Below the pieces are notes generated by a model. The model saw only the letters and a list, made by a program, of their open reading frames with translations. It had not been told where the DNA came from and searched no databases. The position numbers and the translations under genes were made by a program. Below are positions 36,883 to 46,268 of a DNA stretch of 64,000 nucleotides, piece after piece; within the stretch, counting starts at the first letter, position 1, and the number at the start of each line of letters is the position of its first letter. The stretch comes from an uncultured bacterium. GTDB taxonomy: Bacteria > Krumholzibacteriota > Krumholzibacteriia > LZORAL124-64-63. The DNA lies in NCBI GenBank assembly GCA_963732385.1, contig CAVSZB010000007.1, positions 768,001 through 832,000 on the forward strand, read 5' to 3'.

Positions 36883-37730
36883 GAACGGATCCTCAGCAGC
36901 CGCTTCCAGCGGGCGGGATCCCGCGCATCGACCGCGGCCGGCGGCTCAGCCCCGCCGTCGCGCACGTCTCCGAAGCGCCGGTCGCGGTCCTGGTAGTCGG
37001 CCACCGCCAGCAGCAGGTCTCGCGGACCGAAGTCCGGCCACAGCACCGGCGTGACGTGCATCTCGGCATAGGCCGACTGCCAGAGCAGGAAATTGCTGAG
37101 CCGGTGTTCGCCGCTCGTGCGCACGATCAGATCGGGATCGGGCAGGTCGGGAGCGTACAGGCCGGCGCGCAGCGCCGCCTCGTCGATGGCCGCGGGATCG
37201 AGCTCACCGGTCGCCGCCAGCCGCGCCAGCCGCGCCGCGGCGCGCAAGATCTCCTGCCGGCCGCCATAGGCAAGGGCAAGATTGAGCAGCAGGCCGTCGT
37301 TGCCGGCCAGCGCCGCGATCGTGGCGTCGAGCACCGCCCGCGCCCGCTGGGGAATGACGTCGAGCTCCCCCGTGGCGACCAGGCGCACCCGCTGCGCCGC
37401 GAGTTCGTCGCGCTCGGCGCCGAGGGTCTCCTCGAGAAACAGCCAGAGCGCCCGCACCTCGGCCGGCGGACGCTTCCAGTTCTCCTGCGAAAACGTGTAG
37501 AGGGTCAAAACCCGCACGCCGAGACGGCCGCAGATCGTCACCGCGCGACGCACCGCATGACGTCCGGCCCGATGCCCCGCCACGCGCGGCAGCCGGCGGT
37601 GCTGCGCCCAGCGGCCATTGCCGTCCATGATGATTCCGATATGGCGCGGCAGATTGCCCTGCGCCAGGGCCCGCGCCAGCAGTTCTTCCTCGCCGAGGCC
37701 GGCGAGTGCTTCGAGCCGATCTGGCGACAA
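36879..37730 (-). CDS. uppS: Undecaprenyl diphosphate synthase
   Basis: HIGIIMDGNGRWA, FSQENWKRP, RTSGEHRLSNFLLWQ. Confidence 0.97.
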   Translation of the reverse strand: MSPDRLEALAGLGEEELLARALAQGNLPRHIGIIMDGNGRWAQHRRLPRVAGHRAGRHAVRRAVTICGRLGVRVLTLYTFSQENWKRPPAEVRALWLFLEETLGAERDELAAQRVRLVATGELDVIPQRARAVLDATIAALAGNDGLLLNLALAYGGRQEILRAAARLARLAATGELDPAAIDEAALRAGLYAPDLPDPDLIVRTSGEHRLSNFLLWQSAYAEMHVTPVLWPDFGPRDLLLAVADYQDRDRRFGDVRDGGAEPPAAVDARDPARWKRLLRIRS

Positions 37731-37775
37731 GGCGCCTCCGTCCGCGCCACCGCGCAGCCGCGCCGTCGCGGTCAG

Positions 37776-38333
37776 CTACAGCGACATGATTTCCGCTTCG
37801 CGAGCCTTGGCGATCTCGTCGATCTCGCCGCCGAAGCGGTCGGTGAGCTTCTGGATGTCGGCTCGCGCATTGCTGATTTCGTCCTCAGGGGCGCCGCCAT
37901 CCTTGTCGATCTTCTTCAGCTTGTCGTTGGCGTCCTGCCGCGCCTTGCGCACGGCGATCTTCCCCTCCTCCGCGATCTCGCGCGCCAGCTTCGTGTATTC
38001 GCGCCGCCGTTCCTCCGTCAACTCGGGGATCGGCACGCGCACCACGAGGCCGTCGCTGGACGGGTTGAGGCCGAGATTGCTGGCGCGGATCGCCTTCTCG
38101 ATCGCCCCAATAACCGTGCGATCATACGGCGCGACTGTCAGCAGGCGAGGCTCCGGCGCCGCCACGCTGGCGAGCTGGTTGAGCGGCATCTGGCTGTCAT
38201 AGCAGTCGATCCGCAGGCCGTCAAGCAGGGCGGGCGAAGCCTTGCCGGTGCGCAGCTTGCCCAGCCGCGTGCGCACGGCATCACGAGCGGCCGTCATCTG
38301 GTCCTGGGCGTGCTGTTTCACATCCTTGATCAT
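37776..38333 (-). CDS. frr: Ribosome recycling factor
   Basis: LRTGKASP, PELTEERR; ATGA overlap with pyrH. Confidence 0.96.
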   Translation of the reverse strand: MIKDVKQHAQDQMTAARDAVRTRLGKLRTGKASPALLDGLRIDCYDSQMPLNQLASVAAPEPRLLTVAPYDRTVIGAIEKAIRASNLGLNPSSDGLVVRVPIPELTEERRREYTKLAREIAEEGKIAVRKARQDANDKLKKIDKDGGAPEDEISNARADIQKLTDRFGGEIDEIAKAREAEIMSL

Positions 38334-39049
38334 GGCGCCTGCTCCTTTGCGATCCAGGTCCCCTGCAGTTCCCCGGAAAGGACCCGCAGCAGATTGCGCG
38401 GGTCCGCAATGTCGAACACCACGATAGGCAGCCCCTGCTCGGCGCACAGGGAGATGGCGGTGAGGTCCATCACGCCGAGGCGGCGCTCTAGCACCTCGTC
38501 ATAGGTGAGACGGTCGAAGCGACGGGCGTCGGGATGGCGACGCGGGTCCTTGTCGTACACGCCGTCCACCTGCGTGCCCTTCAGCAGCACGTCCGCCCCG
38601 ATCTCGGCGGCCCGCAGCGCGGCCGCGGTGTCGGTGGTGAAGAACGGGTTGCCGGTCCCCCCGCCGAACAGCACGACCTGCCCCTGGTGCAGCAGCGGCT
38701 TGACCGCCTCGCGCGAGAACGCCCAGGTCAGCGGCACCGTCTCGCGCGGCGAGAAGATGCGCGCCATCGCCCCCTCGGCCCGCAGGTAATCGCGCAACAC
38801 CGCTGCGTTCATGATCGTCGCCAACATGCCCACGTGGTCGGCCGTCACGCGACCGAGCACCTCGAGACTGGCCGATCGGGCGCGGAAGATGTTGCCGGCC
38901 CCGACGACCACCCCGATCTGCACCCCCTCCTGGGCGACCTGGGCAATCACCCGCGCAAGGGCCGTCAGCCGGGCATGACCGTACTGCTCGCCCCCCTCGC
39001 CCATGAGGGCTTCACCGCTCAGTTTCAGCAGGACTCTTGAAAATCGCAT
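38330..39049 (-). CDS. pyrH: UMP kinase
   Basis: LLKLSGEAL, GTGNPFFTTD, DGVYDKDP. Confidence 0.97.
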   Translation of the reverse strand: MRFSRVLLKLSGEALMGEGGEQYGHARLTALARVIAQVAQEGVQIGVVVGAGNIFRARSASLEVLGRVTADHVGMLATIMNAAVLRDYLRAEGAMARIFSPRETVPLTWAFSREAVKPLLHQGQVVLFGGGTGNPFFTTDTAAALRAAEIGADVLLKGTQVDGVYDKDPRRHPDARRFDRLTYDEVLERRLGVMDLTAISLCAEQGLPIVVFDIADPRNLLRVLSGELQGTWIAKEQAP

Positions 39050-39090
39050 GACCGGCCAGGTGAGTGCGGCGCAGGCGGCGCCGGGTTATG

Positions 39091-39121
39091 AACAAGGCCC
39101 GGGCCCGCTCGGACCCGGGCC
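39091..39121 (-). terminator. Hairpin terminator after tsf
   Basis: GGCCCGGGTCC-GAGC-GGGCCCGGGCC followed by TTGTT. Confidence 0.55.
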
Positions 39122-39131
39122 CGGCGCGGCC

Positions 39132-39725
39132 TCAGTGAGTGATCTGGTACCGGACGAAACGCTTCACGAGCATGTTCTCGCCCAGCTTCCCGATCACGGT
39201 CTTGAGGTAGTCACCCACCGTCAGATCGGGATCCTTCACATACTTCTGCTCGAGCAGGCAGACTTCCCCGTAGAACTTGTCTAGCTTGCCGGTGACGATC
39301 TTGTCAATCATGTTCTCCGGCTTGCCCTGTTCGCGCATCTGGGCGCGGTAGATTTCCAACTCCTGCTCGACGCGCACAGCGTCGACCTCCTCGCGCGAGA
39401 CCGCCTCCGGCGAGGACGCCGCGACATGCATCGCGAGGTTGTGTACGAGCGCCTTGAAATCGTCGGTGCGCGCCACGAAATCGGTTTCGCAATTGACCTC
39501 GATCAGCACGCCGACCTGGCCGCCGGCGTGGATGTACGCCTCCACGAGACCCTGGTTCGTGGTGCGCCCCTCCTTCTTGGCGGCCAACGAAATACCCTTC
39601 TTGCGCAACCACTCGACCGCCTTCTCGAGGTCGCCGCCGACCTCGATGAGCGCCTTCTTGCAGTCCATCATGCCGGCGTTGGTAATATCGCGGAGCTCTT
39701 TGACCTGATTCGCACTGATCGCCAT
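39132..39725 (-). CDS. tsf: Elongation factor Ts (short form, about 197 aa)
   Basis: VKELRDITNAGMMDCKKAL, EVNCETDFVAR. Confidence 0.97.
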   Translation of the reverse strand: MAISANQVKELRDITNAGMMDCKKALIEVGGDLEKAVEWLRKKGISLAAKKEGRTTNQGLVEAYIHAGGQVGVLIEVNCETDFVARTDDFKALVHNLAMHVAASSPEAVSREEVDAVRVEQELEIYRAQMREQGKPENMIDKIVTGKLDKFYGEVCLLEQKYVKDPDLTVGDYLKTVIGKLGENMLVKRFVRYQITH

Positions 39726-39825
39726 GATCCCTCCCGCGCACGGTCGGCGCCCCCGGGGGCCGCCGTCCCGGCGGTGCGTGATATTCGTCCTGGAAAACGC
39801 TCCCCGGCGTACGCCGGGGCCCCCA

Positions 39826-40680
<855 letters not shown>

Positions 40681-40696
40681 GACGATTTCTCCTGTC

Positions 40697-40775
40697 GGTT
40701 ATCCTCCCCGGCCTTCACCGGCGGGGGCAGACGCCCATGGGCGCCACCGCCCCCCGCCTCCGACCGGGTGCGTGA
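40697..40775 (-). promoter_or_regulatory. rpsB leader RNA (S2/t44-like autoregulatory element)
   Basis: CACGCAC...nested hairpin (GGCGGGGG/CCCCCGCC; GGCGCC/GGCGTC)...GGAGGATAACC, matching the pattern of the rpsB leader. Confidence 0.6.
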
Positions 40776-40819
40776 TGGCCGCGTCCCCGAGGACACGGCG
40801 GAACAGTCCGGCAACTTCG

Positions 40820-41206
40820 CTAGCGCTTCGAGAACTGGAAACGCTTGCGGGCGCCCGCCTGTCCGTACTTCTTGCGCTCCACCATGCGGGAGTCGCGCGT
40901 CAGGTAGCCCGACTTGCGCAACGCCTTGCGGTAGCTCTCATCAGCGACGACGAGAGCCCTCGCGAGCCCATGGCGCAGCGCGCCGGCCTGTCCGGAGATG
41001 CCGCCACCCTTGACCGTCGCCCAGATGTCATACTCCGCTCCCGCCGCGACGGCGGACAGCGGCTGCAGAGCGAGCTGGGTGAGGGCCTCGCCGAAATAGT
41101 CCTTGAGCGGACGATCGTTGACGACCACCTGACCCTTGCCGACCTTCAGCCAGACGCGGGCCACCGCCGTCTTGCGCCGTCCGGTTGCATAATAGCGCTC
41201 TTCCAA
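40820..41206 (-). CDS. rpsI: 30S ribosomal protein S9
   Basis: TGRRKTAVARV, GGGISGQAGA, FQFSKR. Confidence 0.98.
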   Translation of the reverse strand: MEERYYATGRRKTAVARVWLKVGKGQVVVNDRPLKDYFGEALTQLALQPLSAVAAGAEYDIWATVKGGGISGQAGALRHGLARALVVADESYRKALRKSGYLTRDSRMVERKKYGQAGARKRFQFSKR

Positions 41207-41252
41207 GACTTCACCTCCTCGCCGCGGAACGACCAGGGACGGCCCCGGTGGA

Positions 41253-41690
41253 TCAGCTCAGCTCGAATCGCCGCGGCTGCTGCGCGACGTGCGGATGCTG
41301 CGCGCCCCCATAGACACGCAAATGCGTCATCAGGTGCCGGCTGAGACGGTTCTTCGGCATCATGCCCCAGACCGCCTCGTGGACCACCTTGTCCGGGCGC
41401 GATCCCAGAAGTTTCCTGAGCGGCGTTCGCTTCTGGCCGCCCATGTACCCGCTGTAGCGCAGGTACTCCTTCTTGTCCAGCTTCTGGCCGGTGAGCTTCA
41501 TCGCCGCGGCATTCACCACGACCACGCAGTCACCCATGTCCAGGTGCGGCGTGAAGGTGGGCTTGTGCTTCCCGCGGAGCAGGACCGCCACGTGGCTGGC
41601 CAGTCTCCCGAGCGGCACGTCCGTCGCGTCGATGAGCAGCCAATCCTTGGCGATCTCGCTGCCCTTGAGCGTATAGGTCCTGTTCTTCAC
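41253..41690 (-). CDS. rplM: 50S ribosomal protein L13
   Basis: WLLIDA, LRGKHKPTFTPH, HVAQQP. Confidence 0.98.
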   Translation of the reverse strand: MKNRTYTLKGSEIAKDWLLIDATDVPLGRLASHVAVLLRGKHKPTFTPHLDMGDCVVVVNAAAMKLTGQKLDKKEYLRYSGYMGGQKRTPLRKLLGSRPDKVVHEAVWGMMPKNRLSRHLMTHLRVYGGAQHPHVAQQPRRFELS

Positions 41691-41847
41691 TGCGGCGGCC
41701 TCCCCGAACGCCGTCCGGAAAACCGGCCCGGCACTCCCGCGGCCACGACACGCAGGCCCGTTCCTCGGGCCCCGCGTTCGCGGTCCGGCTGGCTATCTGC
41801 TTGCGCGATAATAAAAAAGCCGCGTCGGCGGCAATCGCGAGCGATCC

Positions 41848-41876
41848 AAGTTAGCAAAAAGGAAGGCCCCTGTCAA
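41848..41876 (-). promoter_or_regulatory. Sigma70 promoter of the rplM operon
   Basis: TTGACA-17-TAACTT with extended -10 TG; -35 overlaps the mtnA stop. Confidence 0.7.
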
Positions 41877-42967
41877 GCTCCGGCATCGGGAGTCAGCACC
41901 CCGAGCGTTTCGCCGTATGGGGGGCGCAGAACCCCCTTTTCGGTGAAAAATGCCGTGACCAACCGGGCCGGCGTCACATCGAAGGCGGGGTTCCAGGCGG
42001 CCACGCCCGCCGGAGCGAGCTTCACCCCCCCCAGGGACAGCACTTCGTCCGCGGCGCGCTCCTCCACGATGATCGCCGCGCCGTCGGTCGCCGTCGGATC
42101 GAAAGTGGACGCCGGAGCGGCGACGTAGAACGGCACCCCATGCTCGCGCGCCAGCACCGCCAGGGGATAGGTCCCGACCTTGTTCGCGGTATCGCCGTTA
42201 CGGGCGACGCGATCCGCCCCCACGATCACCACGTCAATCTGACCGGAGCGCAGCAGGCCACCGGCCGCGCCGTCGCAAAGCAGGGTCACGGCGATCCCCC
42301 GCGCCGCCAGTTCCCAGGCGGTCAGGCGGGTCCCCTGCAGCAGCGGCCGGGTCTCGTCCGCGAAGACCCGCACCTGCCGGCCGGCCGCCTGCGCCGCATA
42401 GACCACCCCGAGCGCGGTGCCGTAGCCCCCCGTGGCGAGGCCGCCCGCGTTGCAATGCGTCAGGATCGTGCACGGGTCGGGCAACAACGCCGCTCCCGCC
42501 TCGCCGAGCGCCCGACCGCAGGCCACATCATCGGCCAGGATGGCGTCGGCCTGCGCCAGCAACGCCGCCCGCACCGCCCCGCCGTCCGCACCCGCCGCCA
42601 CCGCGCTCTCGGCCAGATGTGTCTGACGCGCCAGCGCCCAGAAGAGATTCACGGCCGTCGGGCGCGTGGCGGCCAGCGCCGCCCTCGCCTCGCCCAGCCG
42701 AGCGAGCGCCGCCGCGGGGCTGTCGCCCGCCGCGACCGCCCGGCTCCAGGCCAGCGCCAGACCATAGGCCGCCGCGATGCCGATCGCCGGCGCCCCACGC
42801 ACCGCCAGTTCGCGGATCGCCGCGCACAGCTCCGGCACCTCGCGACAGGTCCGCCACACCAGCGCCCCCGGCAGCCGCGTCTGGTCGATCAGCACCACCG
42901 CGTCGTCCCGCCAGGTCACGGTCGGAAATGGAAAGGGCAGTTCGCCGAATCGCGCCGTATCGCTCAT
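41873..42967 (-). CDS. mtnA: S-methyl-5-thioribose-1-phosphate isomerase
   Basis: IDQTRLP, VRGAPAIG, RPTAVNL, THCNAG, DETRPLLQG, NPAFDVTP. Confidence 0.96.
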   Translation of the reverse strand: MSDTARFGELPFPFPTVTWRDDAVVLIDQTRLPGALVWRTCREVPELCAAIRELAVRGAPAIGIAAAYGLALAWSRAVAAGDSPAAALARLGEARAALAATRPTAVNLFWALARQTHLAESAVAAGADGGAVRAALLAQADAILADDVACGRALGEAGAALLPDPCTILTHCNAGGLATGGYGTALGVVYAAQAAGRQVRVFADETRPLLQGTRLTAWELAARGIAVTLLCDGAAGGLLRSGQIDVVIVGADRVARNGDTANKVGTYPLAVLAREHGVPFYVAAPASTFDPTATDGAAIIVEERAADEVLSLGGVKLAPAGVAAWNPAFDVTPARLVTAFFTEKGVLRPPYGETLGVLTPDAGA

Positions 42968-44079
42968 GACGTCCCTCCCGCGCCCCCGTGTCCGCCGTCG
43001 CCCAGGACCTCGCGCAGGGCCCGACCGAGCAGGTTGAGCGGCAGCCCCATCACGTTGAAGTAGCACCCCTCCACCCGTCTCACCATCAGAGCGCCATAGC
43101 CCTGGATACCGTAGGCGCCCGCCTTGTCGAGCGGCTCGCCGGTTGCCACGTAGCGACGGATGATCTCGGCGTCGAGCGGCACGAACTCCACGCGCGTGCT
43201 CGCGTGCCCGGTCCACGGGCCGGACGCCCCGCCGACGATCGCCAGGCCGGTCACGACGACATGGACGCGGCCGGCCAGCCGGGCAAGCATGCGGCTCGCC
43301 TCTTCGGCATCGGCCGGCTTCTCAAGCAGATCGCCTTCGTGCACGACCACGGTGTCGGCGCCCAGCACGAGACGCCCCGGCTGACCCGCCGCTACGGCAC
43401 CCGCCTTGGCCACGGCCATCGCCACAGCGTAGCTCGCCGGCTCGTCCCGCAGGGCGGCGGCGGCGGCGGCATGGGCGTGCTCGGCCTCCGGGGCCGGTGC
43501 GATCTCGAACGGGATGCCGGCGACACGCAGCAATTCCGCGCGGCGCGGCGAACCCGAAGCGAGTACGAGCGGGGGGCCGGGCGGCCAGGGCACGAACGGA
43601 GAAACCGTCACGGGATCGGCCTGCGCCGCCGCCGCGTCTCGCTCGACGACCAGCGTCACCGGACCGGCGTTGACCAGTTCGACCTCCATCTTCGCGCCGA
43701 ACACCCCCTCCGCCACCGCGATCCCCTCCGCACGCAGAAGAGAGGCGAACCGCTCGTACAGCCCGCGCGCCTGGTCCGGCGCGGCGGCGCGGGTGAAACT
43801 CGGGCGCTGACCCCGGCGGCAATCGCCGTAGAGCGTGAACTGCGACACTAAGAGCACGCCGCCGCCGAGGTCGCGCAGAGAGCGGTTGAGCCGCCCCGCC
43901 TCGTCGCCGAAGACGCGCAGCGACGGAAGTTTCGCCGCCATCCAGCGCAGCGTCGCCTCGTCGTCGTCCGCCGCGAACGCCGCCAGCACCAGCAGGCCGT
44001 CTGCCACCTGGCCGGTCGCAGCGCCCGCCACACGCACCTCGGCGCGGGAAACCCGCTGGATCACGCAGCGCAATCCCAT
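42964..44079 (-). CDS. dtd: Apparent fusion of D-aminoacyl-tRNA deacylase (Dtd) and Maf nucleoside triphosphate pyrophosphatase
   Basis: N-half QRVSRA, SQFTL, NAGPVT (Dtd); C-half LASGSPRR, GADTVV, DKAGAYGIQG (Maf). Confidence 0.85.
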   Translation of the reverse strand: MGLRCVIQRVSRAEVRVAGAATGQVADGLLVLAAFAADDDEATLRWMAAKLPSLRVFGDEAGRLNRSLRDLGGGVLLVSQFTLYGDCRRGQRPSFTRAAAPDQARGLYERFASLLRAEGIAVAEGVFGAKMEVELVNAGPVTLVVERDAAAAQADPVTVSPFVPWPPGPPLVLASGSPRRAELLRVAGIPFEIAPAPEAEHAHAAAAAALRDEPASYAVAMAVAKAGAVAAGQPGRLVLGADTVVVHEGDLLEKPADAEEASRMLARLAGRVHVVVTGLAIVGGASGPWTGHASTRVEFVPLDAEIIRRYVATGEPLDKAGAYGIQGYGALMVRRVEGCYFNVMGLPLNLLGRALREVLGDGGHGGAGGTS

Positions 44080-44087
44080 CCTCCCGG

Positions 44088-46268
44088 TCAGCGGAGCTGG
44101 AAACGCTCGACCCTCTGCACGCTCGGCACCCGCCGGACCGCGGTCAGCACCTTCTCGAGCGCGCTGAGGCTGAGCACCTCGATCAGGAAGGTCATCGTGG
44201 CGAGATCGTCCTCGGCCGAGAAATCCCCGCTCTGGATGTTCGTGCCGCTCTCGGCGATGACCCGGCTCAGATCGGCCAGCAGGTTCTTCCGGTCGCCCGC
44301 GGTGACGATCAGCTTGACGTGGAAGACCTGGTCGGGCGCCGCGTCCCAGGTGACGTCCAGCTTCCGGTCCTCCTCGATCGCCGCGAGGTTGGAGCAGGCC
44401 ACGCGATGGACAGACACGCCGCGTCCCCGCGTGATCACCCCCACGACCTCGTCGCCCGGAATCGGCTGGCAGCAGCGGGCGTAGCGCACCATGAGATTGT
44501 CCACGCCCTGGATCCGCACGCCACCGACGCGCTTGCGCATCAGCGCGGCGTAGATGTCCCTGCCCAGGTCGACCACGCGCCCGGTCGGCGTCGGCGCCGG
44601 CGGCTCCAGACGCGCGATCACCCGCTGCCAGGGCAGGTCGCCCGCTCCCACGGCCGCGAGCAGCTTCTCCCCTTCGCTGTAACCCATCTGCTGCGCGAGG
44701 CTGTCGAGATCGCTGTCCAGCCGCAGGGTCACCCGCTTCCGCTTCGCCTCGCGCTCCAGGATTTCGCGTCCGAGCTTCAGGCTTTCATGGAACTGCGTGG
44801 TGCGCAGCCAACGCCGCAGATGGTGCTTCGCGCGCCCGGTCCGAACCTGGTTCAGCCAGGAGCGCGTGGCCCGCGTCTGCGTCCCGGTAACGATTTCCAC
44901 CTTGTCGCCGTTCTCGAGGACGTGGATCAGGCTGACGATGCGGCCGTTCACCTTCGCCCGCACGCAGCGCAGGCCGACCTCGGAGTGCACATGGAACGCG
45001 AAGTCGAGCACCGTGGCGCCACGCGGCAACTGGAACAGATCCCCCTTGGGCGAGAAGACGAAAACCTCGTCCTGGAAAAGATCGATGCGCAGGCTCTCCA
45101 TGAACTCGCGCGGATCGGTCACGTCCTGCTGCCACTCCATGATCTGGCGCAGCCACATCACCAGCTGCGAAAAATCGGTCGCGTCGCGGGTTCCCTCCTT
45201 GTAGCGCCAGTGGGCCGCGATGCCGATCTCGCTCCGCTCATGCATGTCCTGCGTCCGGATCTGGATCTCGAGATACTTGCCGCCCGGGGCCCGCACCGTC
45301 GTGTGCAGCGACTGGTACATGTTGGGCTTGGGCATCGCGATGAAATCCTTGATCCGGTCGTGCATCGGCGTGTACAGGCTGTGGATGATGCCGAGCGCGT
45401 GATAACAGTCGGCCTTGGTCAGGACCAGGATCCGCAGTGCCAGCAGGTCGTAAATGCGATCGAGCCCGACCTTCTGGACCAGCATCTTGCGGTGGATGGA
45501 AAAGAAGTGCTTCGGCCGACCGGTAACCTGGGCTTCGATGCCCGCCTTGCGCAGCGCCTCCTCCAGCGGCCCCCGCACCTCCTCGAGGTGACGCTCCCGC
45601 TCCGCGCGGGACTGGTTGATGCCGCTCTCGATCGCGAAATAGCGCTCGGGGTGCAGCACCTTGAAGGCCCGGTCCTCGAGCTCCCACTTGATGCGGGCGA
45701 TGCCGAACCGGTGCGCGAGCGGCGCATAGACATCCATGGTCTCCTGCGCCATCTCGAGCTGCCGGGAACGTTCCAGATACTGGATCGTGCGCATGTTGTG
45801 CAGGCGGTCGGCCAGCTTGATCAGCACGACGCGCGGATCGCGGGCGATCGAAAGCACCAGTTTGCGGTAGTTCTCGGCCTTGCGGGCGTCGGGGTTGTCC
45901 GTCCGGATGCCGCCGATCTTGGTCACGCCATCCACCAGAGCCGACACGTCCGGGCCGAACTCGGCCATGATCCGATCGAGACCGACCGTGGTGTCCTCGA
46001 CGACATCGTGCAGCAGTCCGGCCATGACAGTGTCGGAATCGAGGCGCAGATCGGCCAGGATGTCGGCGACCGTCAGGCCGTGGACCAGGAACGGTTCCCC
46101 GCTCTGCCGGACCTGGCCGGAATGCGCCTGCTCCGCCAGCCGGAAGGCGCGCCAGAGGTGGTCCGCATCGGCCTGCGGATGCGCCGCCGCCACCTTGCGC
46201 ACGACGCCGGTCATCAGGGCGGCCAGATCGGGCGACCCGACCCGCTGTTGGGAGAGATGATCGCTCAT
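44088..46268 (-). CDS. rel: Bifunctional (p)ppGpp synthetase/hydrolase (long RSH)
   Basis: Intact HD motif (LLHDVVED), KLADRLHN, YQSLHT, GIAAHWRYK, TGS, CC and ACT domains. Confidence 0.97.
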   Translation of the reverse strand: MSDHLSQQRVGSPDLAALMTGVVRKVAAAHPQADADHLWRAFRLAEQAHSGQVRQSGEPFLVHGLTVADILADLRLDSDTVMAGLLHDVVEDTTVGLDRIMAEFGPDVSALVDGVTKIGGIRTDNPDARKAENYRKLVLSIARDPRVVLIKLADRLHNMRTIQYLERSRQLEMAQETMDVYAPLAHRFGIARIKWELEDRAFKVLHPERYFAIESGINQSRAERERHLEEVRGPLEEALRKAGIEAQVTGRPKHFFSIHRKMLVQKVGLDRIYDLLALRILVLTKADCYHALGIIHSLYTPMHDRIKDFIAMPKPNMYQSLHTTVRAPGGKYLEIQIRTQDMHERSEIGIAAHWRYKEGTRDATDFSQLVMWLRQIMEWQQDVTDPREFMESLRIDLFQDEVFVFSPKGDLFQLPRGATVLDFAFHVHSEVGLRCVRAKVNGRIVSLIHVLENGDKVEIVTGTQTRATRSWLNQVRTGRAKHHLRRWLRTTQFHESLKLGREILEREAKRKRVTLRLDSDLDSLAQQMGYSEGEKLLAAVGAGDLPWQRVIARLEPPAPTPTGRVVDLGRDIYAALMRKRVGGVRIQGVDNLMVRYARCCQPIPGDEVVGVITRGRGVSVHRVACSNLAAIEEDRKLDVTWDAAPDQVFHVKLIVTAGDRKNLLADLSRVIAESGTNIQSGDFSAEDDLATMTFLIEVLSLSALEKVLTAVRRVPSVQRVERFQLR

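Noticed and set aside
39132..39725. Short EF-Ts as a possible truncation
   Set aside because: The roughly 200-aa EF-Ts form is an established variant and the gene has intact ends.
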